Source: Lama glama
Lineage: Eukaryota
DNA: 64,000 nucleotides
Assembly (NCBI GenBank): GCA_028534125.1
Contig: CM052816.1
Coordinates: forward strand, 84,694,001-84,758,000
Direction: 5' to 3'
The notes under the pieces were generated by a model. It had not been told where the DNA came from. It was given only the letters and a program-made list of their open reading frames with translations, and ran no database searches. The position numbers and the translations under genes are program-made. Below are positions 63,501-64,000 of this stretch, piece after piece (position 1 is the stretch's first letter; each line of letters starts with the position of its first letter).

Positions 63501-64000
63501 TATACTGAAATAAAATAAAAACAACAAAACAAAATAAAACAGAAATTACTAAAAAATCTTGACACATAGGGTTATCTAAGGCTCAAATAGAGCATAAAAA
63601 TAATAGAGATACAGGAATTCATCTAAAACAGCTGAAATGGGGGATGCAAATAAACAACTTGAATCTGACTTTCTGTCTTCTGTCAATTGACTTTCTATTC
63701 TCTCAGTTATGACCAGAATTTTCTGCACAGTATACTGCTCAGACATTTAAAACTTCCAACTTAAAAAAGAATCTCACTATATTAGCCATATGAAAGAGAT
63801 TAACTGAAGGTTTCTTCAGTTCCAATACCTAAAACCTTACACGAAAACTCACTAATCCATATTATAATTGCTAACATCCCTGTTACAATCACGTGTGGCC
63901 CTGGGAACTGAGACACATAAAACAATACAACTCCAAAAAGAACTTAATGATTAAACATAAAATAAAATTAGAAGGACAGGTTATTGTGCAGAAAATCAAA

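Overview
AT-rich mammalian genomic DNA, almost certainly camelid: it holds two tRNA-derived Vic-1-type SINEs, and I saw no ruminant, pig or primate SINEs. The window is mostly interspersed repeats: MIR, L2, old and young L1 fragments, MaLR/ERVL LTRs, several solo ERV1 LTRs with 4-bp target-site duplications (TSDs), a MER96B-like palindromic MITE, and a ~6.3 kb decayed env-less gamma/epsilon-like provirus on the minus strand (53392-59699) with a tRNA-Ile primer-binding site. There is a 500-N scaffold gap. I recognise no known protein-coding gene. Most listed ORFs are chance ORFs, repeat read-throughs or N-runs. Most interesting observations: (i) a speculative phase-compatible three-exon 107-aa ORF (705-10425) behind RFX X-box-like motifs; (ii) an L1 that keeps both ends but joins early ORF1 to late ORF2 at an 'LPD' microhomology; (iii) the Ile-primed provirus; (iv) an exact 26-bp direct repeat 1.79 kb apart. 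Repeat family names come from recalled consensus similarity, not a database search, and boundaries of old repeats are approximate. I found no prokaryotic-type system.
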